Source of the DNA: Candidatus Latescibacterota bacterium
Lineage (GTDB): Bacteria > Latescibacterota > UBA2968
Assembly: GCA_965204375.1 (NCBI GenBank)
Contig: OZ241986.1
Location: 3,616,001-3,680,000 of the forward strand
Direction: 5' to 3'
DNA length: 64,000 nucleotides
Shown: positions 29,276 to 38,871 of the stretch, in pieces
Layout of the letters: every line of letters starts with the position of its first letter
How positions within the stretch are numbered: position 1 is the stretch's first letter
Notes under the pieces: model-generated
Told to the model about the DNA's origin: nothing
Database searches by the model: none
The model's input: only the letters and a program-made list of their open reading frames with translations
Position numbers and translations under genes: made by a program

Positions 29276-30814
29276 ATGCCACTCCAAGATTTTTATGACT
29301 TGCTGTGGACAAAAGAACATGGTGCCTACGATAAGTCGATTCTTCGTCCGGTTGCACCGGAGTATACGACTGGTGAAGTACTCCTAGGAGCGACTTACCG
29401 AAAACTTCTCCTGGGACAACAAGAAGCAAACGTAGACTTGAATGAGATCGATACGCTTCCTGATAAGTTAGCACCTCAACAGCAGGCTTGGAAGTCCATT
29501 CTTAAGTCGAGAGAAGGATTGGCAAGTCCATCCTTATCTGGTCAGAGAAGTACTCCTCCACCGCAGTTGATGCCACTGGTGCCAGAAATCGCGCGTTATG
29601 GATGTGTATTAGGTGGAAGACCAAGAAGTAGATGGGACCCAGGTAATCTTTTGTTATCTACATTAGGATCAGGTCTAGGTCCTAATGGGATTGAATCCAT
29701 TATAGAACGCTTGAGGGAGGTCTTGGCAATTACCGATCAAGAAGATGTGTTTGCAAAATTTGTAGAAAACTCACTGGATGAAATCGCAGATGGACCTAAA
29801 GATGATCTGCTGTCACTTGATAATTTAGAAGCACTGGCCTGGAGAGCTTCCAACGACCTAATACGGACACCGGCTGAACAATTTTCCGAGGATCTTAATA
29901 GTATAATAGGGTTGAAAGAGCATTTGACACGTCGGCAGTGGACCGTGTTACTTGAAGCATTACTAAGAATTGGACTTGCAACTCACATGCTGTGGCTATG
30001 TCGTGCAAACAAGGTTGTATGGCACATGGTCCTGAAAGTTCTCGGCTCTGATACCCCTGCGCCTGATGCATTGGCTATAGAAAAGCAATGTTGGGAAGGA
30101 CATGACAATATTGATCCCTTGTTGGAACTCGGTCGTGACGGTATACCTTTTATAAAGAAAAGACTCCAAGAATTTATCCAGGCAAGGTTAGGATTAAATC
30201 TTTTGCTACATGCATTGGAAGATGCTGACCATAGTTGGCCAAATCCCATTGGAGTTTCCCCAGATAAAAACCCTCAACCTGCTCCTGAATTGATAGCAGC
30301 ATTCTTGAGCCATGTTGAGAGCCACAAATCGTCCATACAACAGATCGTTCAACAAACGCTCCACGAACCGTCCCTACGTAACGCAGCACAAACAATCGCC
30401 GATTCTAATCCTCGGCTCCTCGGCTCTCAGTCGGGTCCAACTAAGAATCTATACGAGTTCTTACGCTATAGCCTTAGGCAATTACAACCTATGGAGTCAG
30501 AGATGAGCTCGTATGATCAGTCTTACGTTTTATATAAAAAAAATAGAAGGCAGAACAATTCACCCTGGCCCGTCCAACCAGGCCCTGCAGCATTGATCAT
30601 GCTTGTCCACTCTTGCTGCAAATCATTAGGAAGAGTGCCTGCAAGCATTGATTACTTTAGAAATTATTTGGCAAATTATGGAATCTTGGCACCGGCCGGA
30701 GAATTGCAGGGTGGCCAGACAGGTAGAGACCTAGAGCGACTTGGGCTTGTCGTTGATAGCCCAGATGCAGGGGGAGGCCGTCTGCTGGTTTATCCTTTTA
30801 AGAGATCAGCATAA
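29276..30814 (+). CDS. hypothetical protein, DndG/DptG-like
   Basis: 512 aa; C-terminal LERLGLVVDSPDAGGG resembles the DptG E..G....SDSG terminus as I recall it; sits between F-like and H-like genes. Confidence 0.5.
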   Translation: MPLQDFYDLLWTKEHGAYDKSILRPVAPEYTTGEVLLGATYRKLLLGQQEANVDLNEIDTLPDKLAPQQQAWKSILKSREGLASPSLSGQRSTPPPQLMPLVPEIARYGCVLGGRPRSRWDPGNLLLSTLGSGLGPNGIESIIERLREVLAITDQEDVFAKFVENSLDEIADGPKDDLLSLDNLEALAWRASNDLIRTPAEQFSEDLNSIIGLKEHLTRRQWTVLLEALLRIGLATHMLWLCRANKVVWHMVLKVLGSDTPAPDALAIEKQCWEGHDNIDPLLELGRDGIPFIKKRLQEFIQARLGLNLLLHALEDADHSWPNPIGVSPDKNPQPAPELIAAFLSHVESHKSSIQQIVQQTLHEPSLRNAAQTIADSNPRLLGSQSGPTKNLYEFLRYSLRQLQPMESEMSSYDQSYVLYKKNRRQNNSPWPVQPGPAALIMLVHSCCKSLGRVPASIDYFRNYLANYGILAPAGELQGGQTGRDLERLGLVVDSPDAGGGRLLVYPFKRSA

Positions 30815-30849
30815 GAACACATGTTTGTAGATTCTTCGAGGTTAGACTA

Positions 30850-33800
30850 ATGAAAGCATTAGCTGAAAAATTTATTGAGTTCATAAAAGATGCGTTAGAA
30901 ATCAGGCTTTTCCGCGGTACAGATAACCGCGTTCAACCCGTGATCTTGGGACCACCTACCGATGTGATGGAAGAAGTTTTTAATATCATGACCAATAATA
31001 ATACCAGTGATTGGGTGGTGGGTGATCCTGAGAATCCAATTGATATTGTAGTGCTCTTGGTATACAGAGATATAGTGAGCAGTCAACCTGACAGTATGGG
31101 AAAGGTTCTAAGTCAAAAATGTAACTGGGATTACGCGGTCTCCATTCGAAATAGCGGTCAACCCTGTGTTACCTTGGTAATACCTAGAGCCTGGGATTCA
31201 CGCCCTGAGTCTATTGCAAATGCTACGGAAACAATTGGAAGTCCTAGAATATCCGATGATAAGGACTTCTATAAAAAAGATCCCTGGCCTTTCTTAGTTG
31301 GTAGTATATCCAATACCTCGAACGTTTCAGAAACCGAGATCCACGACCTATTGTCCATAGTACAAAAAGAAGCCTTGAATCGTACTGAGCAAAGGGAATC
31401 AGCACTTTGGGACGTTGTAGATCAGCTCATCCAGGCAACCCAAGCAGAAGATATTGTTAAATCGGTTGGGTTACCAAATTTAGGAAACCAGAATTTAACC
31501 CAGAAGACACTGAAAGACTCAAATGACATCCTGTCCGATTTAGCAAAATTCTGTGCGAAAACCGGGCTCAGGAATGCTGAGAATGAGCTTAGGGAAGGTG
31601 CAATTTCTCTTTGTATAGAAAGACCACTAAAAGAACTTTTCTCCCATCTCCGTGATAGTGCAGGGTCTGGGACTACATTTAATGATTGTCCTGCATGGTA
31701 TTTTCGTCCAGTCTCGAATAGTTCTGATTGGTGGGATCATCTTCCATATGAAAAAATACAGAAGTTACTTGAAGAGATCGGGGAGAGCAGACCTACGGGG
31801 AGATTGGAACTTAGTTGTCAAAATGCATTAAATCGCGATGACCTGATTAAAGATGAACCATTAATCGTAGAGAATGAAGTTGATTTGCAGGTTAGGGATA
31901 ATAAGGGTGATATTCCACGGTCAGTCGATTTTTCCAGGAAAATAGGAAGGCAATATGATTCAATCTATCCAGAATACCAGAACGGAAACTTTATTGACGC
32001 ATCTGTTCCAGACCATCAGCAGGTTGTTGCTTACAAGACCGACAGTGACCTGTATCGTCCTGGGACATTAAAATTGATTTCTTTATCCTCGTTTCAATGC
32101 CGAGGTCATGCCCGAATATCTGACGCAGTAAGCAATCCACCTCCTGTTTTACAACGTGGAAGCGGTGTGTTTGAACAAGAGATCACGCTTCAGAGAATAG
32201 GCACACATGAAATGGTTGTGTTCAGTGCCCCAGAGGTAAGTGTTACTACTATTGAAAAGCTCTCAGAGGACTCCCCCCACCTATCCTCCCCAGATAGGCC
32301 AGCCACGTTTACCATTGATGTTGAGCACAATGACATAATAAATATTTCTACCTTAGGACAAGATGGTCAAACACTTGGAAACTGGACCCTACGAATTCTC
32401 GTTGAAGAATCTTTAGAGAGTGCTCCTCGTACACGTTTCGAGTCCCTCGTAAGGGCACACCAAGAGAACCGAGGGAACGCAAGACCTGTGAGACCTACTG
32501 TTTCTGAGGTAAGACGTTTGGAGGAATCCTATCTCCAGAGTCAGGAAAGTTGGAAGGGAATGGTAGCCTGTTGGTCGACAACAACCAAGGTTTTTGAAAA
32601 AATTGATTGGACACAGCGTTGCATAGGTAATATCCCTTTGACAGAAATCTTATCACCTGACTTAGACAAAATAACACCCCCGACATCCTATCTTTCTAAA
32701 AGGGAAGACATAAGGCAGAAACTGGAGACCGCACATCGAACAATCGGCGAGATTAATCTTGATGACCAAAACTTGATTGCAACTGCAACTGATTATCTGA
32801 ATGATTATTTGGTCTGGTTAAAACAAAAACCCGAGGTAGCGGTCTGGACGGATTGCATTGCTATTCATGCACCTTCACAAAATATACAAGCAGGGCAAGT
32901 GATAGCAACCGGAGAACCAATTGGCCTTTTACTTTCACCCCTGCATCCCCTACGTTTTGCTTGGCACTGCCATTCCCAGCATGTGTTGCAAGAATCACTT
33001 TCAACGAAACGGTGTCCAGCAGCAGGATTGCTGGACCCATCGGCTTGCCCTGCCTTGTTCTCGCTACCTCTTTACAGAGGAGAAACACAGGCAATTTGGC
33101 GAACGTTTGTGACAGTAGGCTGCAACGAGCCACATTGGTTATTGCTGTGGAATGTCGATCATATTGGGGATTCTGAAGAAAAAAGATGCCTGATTTCCAT
33201 CCTGATAAATCTTGGTATTATACCCACGGGGTTAAGTGGTGGATTCACTGGCTCCCAAACCCAGAGGGCCCTAGAGGAAGTTTCGAGTATTCTATCTGCC
33301 AGAGCATCCCTGAGAGTGGGATTTATCGGTGGTAGTGAAGAATCCTTTAACTGTGTTGATGGCCTCATCGAATGGTGCACTAAACACTTCCACTCGGATG
33401 AAGAAGAAGATAAAATCAGTTTTCCCAGTTCCTGCGAAGTTTATGATCTTAGGGATAATCCTTCCTATCCTTCCGCAGCGAAAATAGCAGATTTATCTGA
33501 AGAAACAAGAGAACGGGTTAGATGGTTTTCAATAGGGACGAAGCAGCAATCACACAATATGGACTTAGTGGTTCTCGACCAAGTAGGTACGCTTGATCCA
33601 AATGGTATTCGCTCAACCTCGAAATCGTTAATCGCTAATGGGGCTCTCATGCGGTTCAATACTCGCCAAGACATAGGAAACGGTAGCATTTTACAGGATT
33701 CTCGTGCTTCCAGGTACGACGGATCATTATCTGGAATTGAGGAAAAAATAGTAAAGACGACAACCACATTAGAAAATCTTGCAAAAGAAAAAGGCGATAT

Positions 33801-36072
33801 CTCACACATAGAATTTAGACCTAATCAACAAGCCATAGGATCGCGCCTTGATCAATCCATGTTTGTTGCGGCCACATCAAGCCAGATTGATCCCGCCTGT
33901 TTCATTCGGGGAGCAGGAACACATGATGCTTATTTGTGGGATTACGAACTACCTGAGACATTAGGATTTGATGAAAACCAAGCAGGATATTATCTAATTG
34001 CCAAGCCATCCGATTCCATGAAAGATGCGATCCTTGCATCTGCAAGATTGATAACTAGTGCTTCCCTAAGGGCAGAGTCTCTCCTGGAAGAGATTTCAAA
34101 ACGAGGAATACCTGTGCTTAAGCAGCTGGCAAGCGGAGGGACGAGTGCGCGTGGTGAACTAGGCGTATTATTAGCTGTTCGCCTGATCCAAGACGCTTTT
34201 CGACAGGGTGGAAGTGGTATACGACTTCCTGTCATAACTGATGAATGTATGCATGTGTTATTGCCTGTAGATTCCTACTGGAAACCACTCTCTCAATTTC
34301 GTAAAATCCTCGATCCAAAGAGTTCCCACGAAAGACCGGACATTCTGGTAATTGCTATCCACTTTCCTAAAAATGAACAAGTAAGAGTCAAAGTTAAGAT
34401 AACCCCTGTTGAAGTTAAATTCCGTAACAGCACAATGCCTAATGGAGAAGTAAGACAGGCCCTGAGACAGGCAGAAAATTTGGGTGGATTGTTAAGAAAA
34501 ATCTGGGGATCAACTCCAGAAAACGAGCTATGGAGTGTATGTTCAAAATCCCTGCTTTGTCAATGTTTAGAACATGCTTTTCGTATCTATGCTGATTCCA
34601 ATATCCACGGTCTATCAGACGATGAATGGACAAAAAAACACGAAGATGTTCTACACGATATCCTTACGGGACAGGCTTCGATAATCGTTAATCAGGCTGG
34701 CCGGTTGCTTGTATTTGACCAATCAAATAATACCTCCATAAATGATATGGATGGCGACGGTCAGAGCGATACCGCCATTTTATCTTCTAAGGATGCCGAT
34801 TACTTACTCAGTGGTAACGGTAGCTTATCTCCAAAAGCACAAAATGTAGTACGACTCTTGGACTTTTCTTTTTCTGAGTGTATTTCACAACAAACTTCAC
34901 CAAGTAGTACTGGGACAGGTGATAATAGATCAGAAGTTATCGAGCCTATAGAAACAAGGGCATCAAGTGCGGATTTAGCGGGAGAAATTACTGTTCAAGA
35001 ACCTGAAGAAACAAACCAGAGCGGAGATCAGATATCCGAACTCCAAGAAAAAAAAGATAGTACTTCTCCTGTCCCGTCCGAAGTAAGAGAATTAGTTCGG
35101 CAAGCCTTTGATGGATTTATTGGTAATGAACCTGCTGTAAAACGTGTTTCTAATGACTTGTTACGCGCCCTGATTGAAAAACCACCCCACTTGCCCAAAA
35201 ACTACCTTTTTACGGGTTTACCGAGTACCGGAAAGACAGAATTTGCCCGCAGGATAGCGAAAGCACTCAGATTGCCGTTTGTCCAGTTAGACGGACGCGG
35301 GGTAGGCACGCGGGAACGGCTCTTCGATCTCGTAAAGGGAGAACTCAATCAACAGGATCTCTCAATATCACAGGTGGGACAACAGTCAGGGCTACCCTTG
35401 ATAGAATATCCTCCTCTCATCATTTTTATTGATGAAGTGCATCTGGTGCCAAAAAGTGTCCAAGAAAGCCTACTTACCATGTTAGAAGCCATGGATAGAA
35501 CTGTTATCCTATCTGATCAAGTTGCCAAGATGAACAAGGCCACTTTCCTGTTTGCTACCACGAGAGCATCGCAAGTGGACGCGGCTTTTCGCAGTCGGTG
35601 TGCGGAAGTCCAACTCAGGGAGTACACGAAATCCGAGGTAGCAGAAATCCTTCGCCGAAGAATTTCTGAAGAATGGCCTGAAGACATTCATCTGGAAATT
35701 GCAAAACTCGGTCGTTGTGTTCCTCGTGTAGCCATTGAGCTTGCACGAGAACTGGAAACGGAAATAACCGTATCGGAACATCCGGAGAGGAGTTTAGAAG
35801 AGCACTTAGAGGAAGTACAAAAAGCCAGAGAAATAGACGTTTTGGGATTAACCCTCACAGATCGCCAATATCTCACTGTGTTGGAAAAGGAAGGGAAACC
35901 TGTTGGTGAGAAAGCTATTATCAACATCCTCGGAGCCGTGGACAAGGATAGGATAATAAACGAAATTGAGCCCTTTCTACGGAGATTAGGATTTATAAAA
36001 CTTGGTGGGCAAGGAAGAGAAATAACACCTGAAGGTATAGATTACATCCTTTCAAAAAGACGTGAAGAATAA
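30850..36072 (+). CDS. large DndH-like protein: PD-(D/E)xK nuclease motif fused to a C-terminal RuvB-like AAA+ motor
   Basis: RPDILV...PVEVKFR near aa 1160-1190; from aa ~1418 FDGFIG, GLPSTGKT, IFIDEVH, ATTR, FRSR, VPRVA, PVG..., IEPFL..LGFI....QGR.IT as in RuvB. Confidence 0.75.
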   Translation: MKALAEKFIEFIKDALEIRLFRGTDNRVQPVILGPPTDVMEEVFNIMTNNNTSDWVVGDPENPIDIVVLLVYRDIVSSQPDSMGKVLSQKCNWDYAVSIRNSGQPCVTLVIPRAWDSRPESIANATETIGSPRISDDKDFYKKDPWPFLVGSISNTSNVSETEIHDLLSIVQKEALNRTEQRESALWDVVDQLIQATQAEDIVKSVGLPNLGNQNLTQKTLKDSNDILSDLAKFCAKTGLRNAENELREGAISLCIERPLKELFSHLRDSAGSGTTFNDCPAWYFRPVSNSSDWWDHLPYEKIQKLLEEIGESRPTGRLELSCQNALNRDDLIKDEPLIVENEVDLQVRDNKGDIPRSVDFSRKIGRQYDSIYPEYQNGNFIDASVPDHQQVVAYKTDSDLYRPGTLKLISLSSFQCRGHARISDAVSNPPPVLQRGSGVFEQEITLQRIGTHEMVVFSAPEVSVTTIEKLSEDSPHLSSPDRPATFTIDVEHNDIINISTLGQDGQTLGNWTLRILVEESLESAPRTRFESLVRAHQENRGNARPVRPTVSEVRRLEESYLQSQESWKGMVACWSTTTKVFEKIDWTQRCIGNIPLTEILSPDLDKITPPTSYLSKREDIRQKLETAHRTIGEINLDDQNLIATATDYLNDYLVWLKQKPEVAVWTDCIAIHAPSQNIQAGQVIATGEPIGLLLSPLHPLRFAWHCHSQHVLQESLSTKRCPAAGLLDPSACPALFSLPLYRGETQAIWRTFVTVGCNEPHWLLLWNVDHIGDSEEKRCLISILINLGIIPTGLSGGFTGSQTQRALEEVSSILSARASLRVGFIGGSEESFNCVDGLIEWCTKHFHSDEEEDKISFPSSCEVYDLRDNPSYPSAAKIADLSEETRERVRWFSIGTKQQSHNMDLVVLDQVGTLDPNGIRSTSKSLIANGALMRFNTRQDIGNGSILQDSRASRYDGSLSGIEEKIVKTTTTLENLAKEKGDISHIEFRPNQQAIGSRLDQSMFVAATSSQIDPACFIRGAGTHDAYLWDYELPETLGFDENQAGYYLIAKPSDSMKDAILASARLITSASLRAESLLEEISKRGIPVLKQLASGGTSARGELGVLLAVRLIQDAFRQGGSGIRLPVITDECMHVLLPVDSYWKPLSQFRKILDPKSSHERPDILVIAIHFPKNEQVRVKVKITPVEVKFRNSTMPNGEVRQALRQAENLGGLLRKIWGSTPENELWSVCSKSLLCQCLEHAFRIYADSNIHGLSDDEWTKKHEDVLHDILTGQASIIVNQAGRLLVFDQSNNTSINDMDGDGQSDTAILSSKDADYLLSGNGSLSPKAQNVVRLLDFSFSECISQQTSPSSTGTGDNRSEVIEPIETRASSADLAGEITVQEPEETNQSGDQISELQEKKDSTSPVPSEVRELVRQAFDGFIGNEPAVKRVSNDLLRALIEKPPHLPKNYLFTGLPSTGKTEFARRIAKALRLPFVQLDGRGVGTRERLFDLVKGELNQQDLSISQVGQQSGLPLIEYPPLIIFIDEVHLVPKSVQESLLTMLEAMDRTVILSDQVAKMNKATFLFATTRASQVDAAFRSRCAEVQLREYTKSEVAEILRRRISEEWPEDIHLEIAKLGRCVPRVAIELARELETEITVSEHPERSLEEHLEEVQKAREIDVLGLTLTDRQYLTVLEKEGKPVGEKAIINILGAVDKDRIINEIEPFLRRLGFIKLGGQGREITPEGIDYILSKRREE

Positions 36073-36164
36073 ACATAATGTTTTAAAAAAAGTGCGAAAT
36101 ATTGTCAAAATTGTGATGGTACTGAGCACAGGCTTGAGTATAGCTGACTGGAGCAATCTGGCGC

Positions 36165-36290
36165 GGTTAGAGTGCTTGCTTGACATGCAAGAGGTCACTG
36201 GTTCAAGCCCAGTATCGCCCACCATTAAAAACAATGGGTTACGCAAATTTATGCGTAACCCATTTTCCTTTGATGCCCATCTGGATGCAG
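36165..36290 (+). repeat. second copy of tRNA-Val 3' portion, terminator and downstream sequence (att-like)
   Basis: Lacks the tRNA 5' end; identical to 16115-16240 except 2 nt. Confidence 0.92.
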
Positions 36291-36326
36291 CCTTTTTCGG
36301 TTGTAACGTGTGCTATAAAGAGTTTC

Positions 36327-36782
36327 TCAATTATTGCCAATGAGCATATCATCTACAATGTTAACGATCTGGGGAACGCTTGACACCAGAAAGATAATAT
36401 TCAGCGACCGGGGATCAATCTGTTTAGGGATTTGTATGGCTGTGCTCTCAATGTTATTGCATATAGCCTTAGCATCTGGTGTGTCATCGACAAAAGGATC
36501 AATAACCTGTATAAGCCGTCTCTCTGGGGTCTCGGTCTGCACAGTCAGTTGCTCCACAAAATGCTTATCCTTATCTGTTTTCCATCGTGCGATATTCCAG
36601 GTTTCTGAAATAGCTACCTGAATCTGATTTGAACTTTCCTCCTGCATCGCCTGATTATACAGATCCAAGACTTCCTCAGCAAAATCATAATCTTTCTTAA
36701 ATGGAATTAGATTCTTCATCAATTGGCTGTAAGAACATATGTAAACTCCCATCAGGACGACGGTATTGAATGTTGGGATCAT
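36327..36782 (-). CDS. hypothetical protein
   Basis: 151 aa ORF overlapping the stop of the upstream gene by 4 nt. Confidence 0.55.
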   Translation of the reverse strand: MIPTFNTVVLMGVYICSYSQLMKNLIPFKKDYDFAEEVLDLYNQAMQEESSNQIQVAISETWNIARWKTDKDKHFVEQLTVQTETPERRLIQVIDPFVDDTPDAKAICNNIESTAIQIPKQIDPRSLNIIFLVSSVPQIVNIVDDMLIGNN

Positions 36783-38116
36783 AGTTTTTCTTTTAATTCA
36801 CTGATCACTTTATTCACCTTGGACCAGAGAGTAGTGCTCCCATGTAAGCCTCCTGCCAACCCGATGCTGATGAAGCCATCACCAGAATCATCAGGATGTC
36901 TTGGCAGCTCAAGTATCTCATAGCCCGATACTGAATGACGTACAGATTTTAAAGCTAAATCCCTTAGTACTTTCACTTCATTGTCAAGCTTTTGGTCATC
37001 CCATATACTTAAATCCGAAAATGAAAAATTCATAGGTGGTGGTTTGAATTCTTCATGGAAAAACGGTAAGATCAATCTCATAATGTTATCTAGATCTTTC
37101 GAGAAACCCCTTGTTGTTAGAGGCGGTTTGTAAAGCACTACAAGCTTCACAGGAACAAGAAGCGGCATCAACGTTGAGAATTTCTCTCTATATGCATGCA
37201 TCGATTCCTTTGCTTCTTCCCTAAAATTCTTGCTCTCACCTTCACTGACTGGAACAGTGGGAAGCTGAATTTTGATCGGTGAGTGTACGATCCATTTTGC
37301 AAGTCCGGCTGAATATTTCTGTACAAACTGCTCAAGATTTGGAAATGTGCCTAGACCACGATGCAAGGTTCCTGACGCTCGGTATAGAATACTGGCCTCC
37401 CGGATGCCCAATTCACCCTGTCTTAAGAATGCGTTCTGGTCCTGCATCCGGCTGTATTTAACGAGATTGTCATACGCGTTTTTTCCTAATGATTTGATAT
37501 AATAATCCTTATCAGACTTAATACTGCTTAAGTGAGAGAATTCATCAAGGTTATCATCATCGAAGTCTAATCTGAAACTGCTATAGTCATCTATATATTC
37601 GTTATAATTACCACTCAATATCTCTTCCGCTAATTTCAAGTCCTGAAGAAAATAACCCATTGGCATAAACTGACCTGATATGCCTGATTCTTTTCCACCT
37701 AGCGAGTAGCTGATTGCAAGATACTTTATCTGACGATCATCCTGATAAACCAACCCTTTTCTCGTAATACCACTGTCACGTAAAGGCTTGCCAAAGAGAT
37801 CTAAGATATTTTTCGTTGCGGTATGGATGTGAGGGGGATTGGGAGAGGTAGTATTGATCCACACTTCGGCAGCTACGCTTCCCCTAAACGACCTTTTGCA
37901 TCTTTCTTTCATTTGACCCAAAATGGTAGTCTGAAAGCTAATTTTTTCTGCCATCCTCATTGCTCTCTTAGATTTGGGTTCCTCGGCAATGTCATAATAA
38001 CCCCACCCCCGAAACCGGCGCCATTGGTGACGTCCGATCTGTGCTTTAGGCGTCTTAAGAAATTCGGATTTGCTGCCTGAGCTGTCAAATAAGCTTCTGA
38101 AATTCATCATCTTCAT
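36779..38116 (-). CDS. hypothetical protein with two RusA-like segments
   Basis: KNILDLF...VYQDDRQIKYL and YKPP....KDLDNIMR resemble RusA motifs. Confidence 0.5.
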   Translation of the reverse strand: MKMMNFRSLFDSSGSKSEFLKTPKAQIGRHQWRRFRGWGYYDIAEEPKSKRAMRMAEKISFQTTILGQMKERCKRSFRGSVAAEVWINTTSPNPPHIHTATKNILDLFGKPLRDSGITRKGLVYQDDRQIKYLAISYSLGGKESGISGQFMPMGYFLQDLKLAEEILSGNYNEYIDDYSSFRLDFDDDNLDEFSHLSSIKSDKDYYIKSLGKNAYDNLVKYSRMQDQNAFLRQGELGIREASILYRASGTLHRGLGTFPNLEQFVQKYSAGLAKWIVHSPIKIQLPTVPVSEGESKNFREEAKESMHAYREKFSTLMPLLVPVKLVVLYKPPLTTRGFSKDLDNIMRLILPFFHEEFKPPPMNFSFSDLSIWDDQKLDNEVKVLRDLALKSVRHSVSGYEILELPRHPDDSGDGFISIGLAGGLHGSTTLWSKVNKVISELKEKL

Positions 38117-38120
38117 ATTC

Positions 38121-38716
38121 TCATTTACCTGAATATCCTACAGAAAGTATTTCAGCAATTTTATCCAGATAGGCTTTCAGGGACAATCCGTGACTTCTTG
38201 CCAGAATCCCCAGCGTATCCACCTTTGTCCGTTCTCCCTTTTCGATTCTGCGCACATGGCGTTCCGAAAGACTCTGAATATCGGTTTGCTTAAGCCTACA
38301 CTGTTTTCGAAATGCGGCAACGGCCTCTCCGAACCGAATGTCAGACATCAATCTTTCCCGATCCTTTTTTTCGCGCCACTCATCATCTTTCAGGTATCGA
38401 ACAGCATCCAGGTCGATATGTACATCAGCCTCAGGCCAATGGATATAACTGCCTTCGCTGGAGATGGTAAATGAAGAACGCTGTTCTTCTGGTATGCTCT
38501 TGAGTGCAGGCATTTCTTCAAAGCCAACTCTGAATAGGGTATGGTCACAGGCCACGACAAAAAGCTCATCATCAATAACCTGTGCAGTGGCAATTAGCTG
38601 ATCCGGACATCCAAGACTCCAGGCCGTGAGCACGCGCTTTGGCACATCTTTATCTGAATGCACAAGAATGTTTCGAGTCATTCTCAGTTTTGCCTCATAA
38701 AGCATCTGTGGTAAAA
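38121..38716 (-). pseudogene. 5'-truncated second copy of the DUF2442-HTH gene
   Basis: Near-identical to the 3' two-thirds of 16898-17716; homology ends about 38716 at a hairpin; no DUF4160 partner. Confidence 0.8.
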
Positions 38717-38752
38717 CGGGTAGAGAGCCCTGTGATACTCTACCCGTTTTTT
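38713..38752. terminator. inverted repeat / bidirectional terminator-like hairpin
   Basis: AAAACGGGTAGAG...CTCTACCCGTTTT. Confidence 0.65.
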
Positions 38753-38871
38753 ATTTCGAAAAAATTTCACATCCTCTGAATCTTTCATCTCTTCGGCTTT
38801 GTCAGAGTCGATACCGCACCAAAACAATGCATAAATGCATAAATGATGGGAGGGGAAAGGAGACTGAAAAC

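Larger units (their letters stand above)
16115..36290. mobile_element. tRNA-Val-anchored genomic island bounded by 126-bp direct repeats; no integrase seen
   Basis: 16115-16240 matches 36165-36290 with 2 mismatches; cargo includes TA, catabolic and defence genes. Confidence 0.7.

Noticed and set aside
35095-36072. Housekeeping ruvB
   Set aside because: In frame within a 1740-aa ORF, divergent motifs, and no ruvA or ruvC nearby.
25829-36072. Druantia type II, DISARM class II or BREX assignment
   Set aside because: No SF2 helicase, DUF1998, phospholipase D or PglZ motifs were recognised.
36165-36224. Second tRNA-Val gene
   Set aside because: Lacks the 5' acceptor strand and part of the D arm; it is an att-like fragment.
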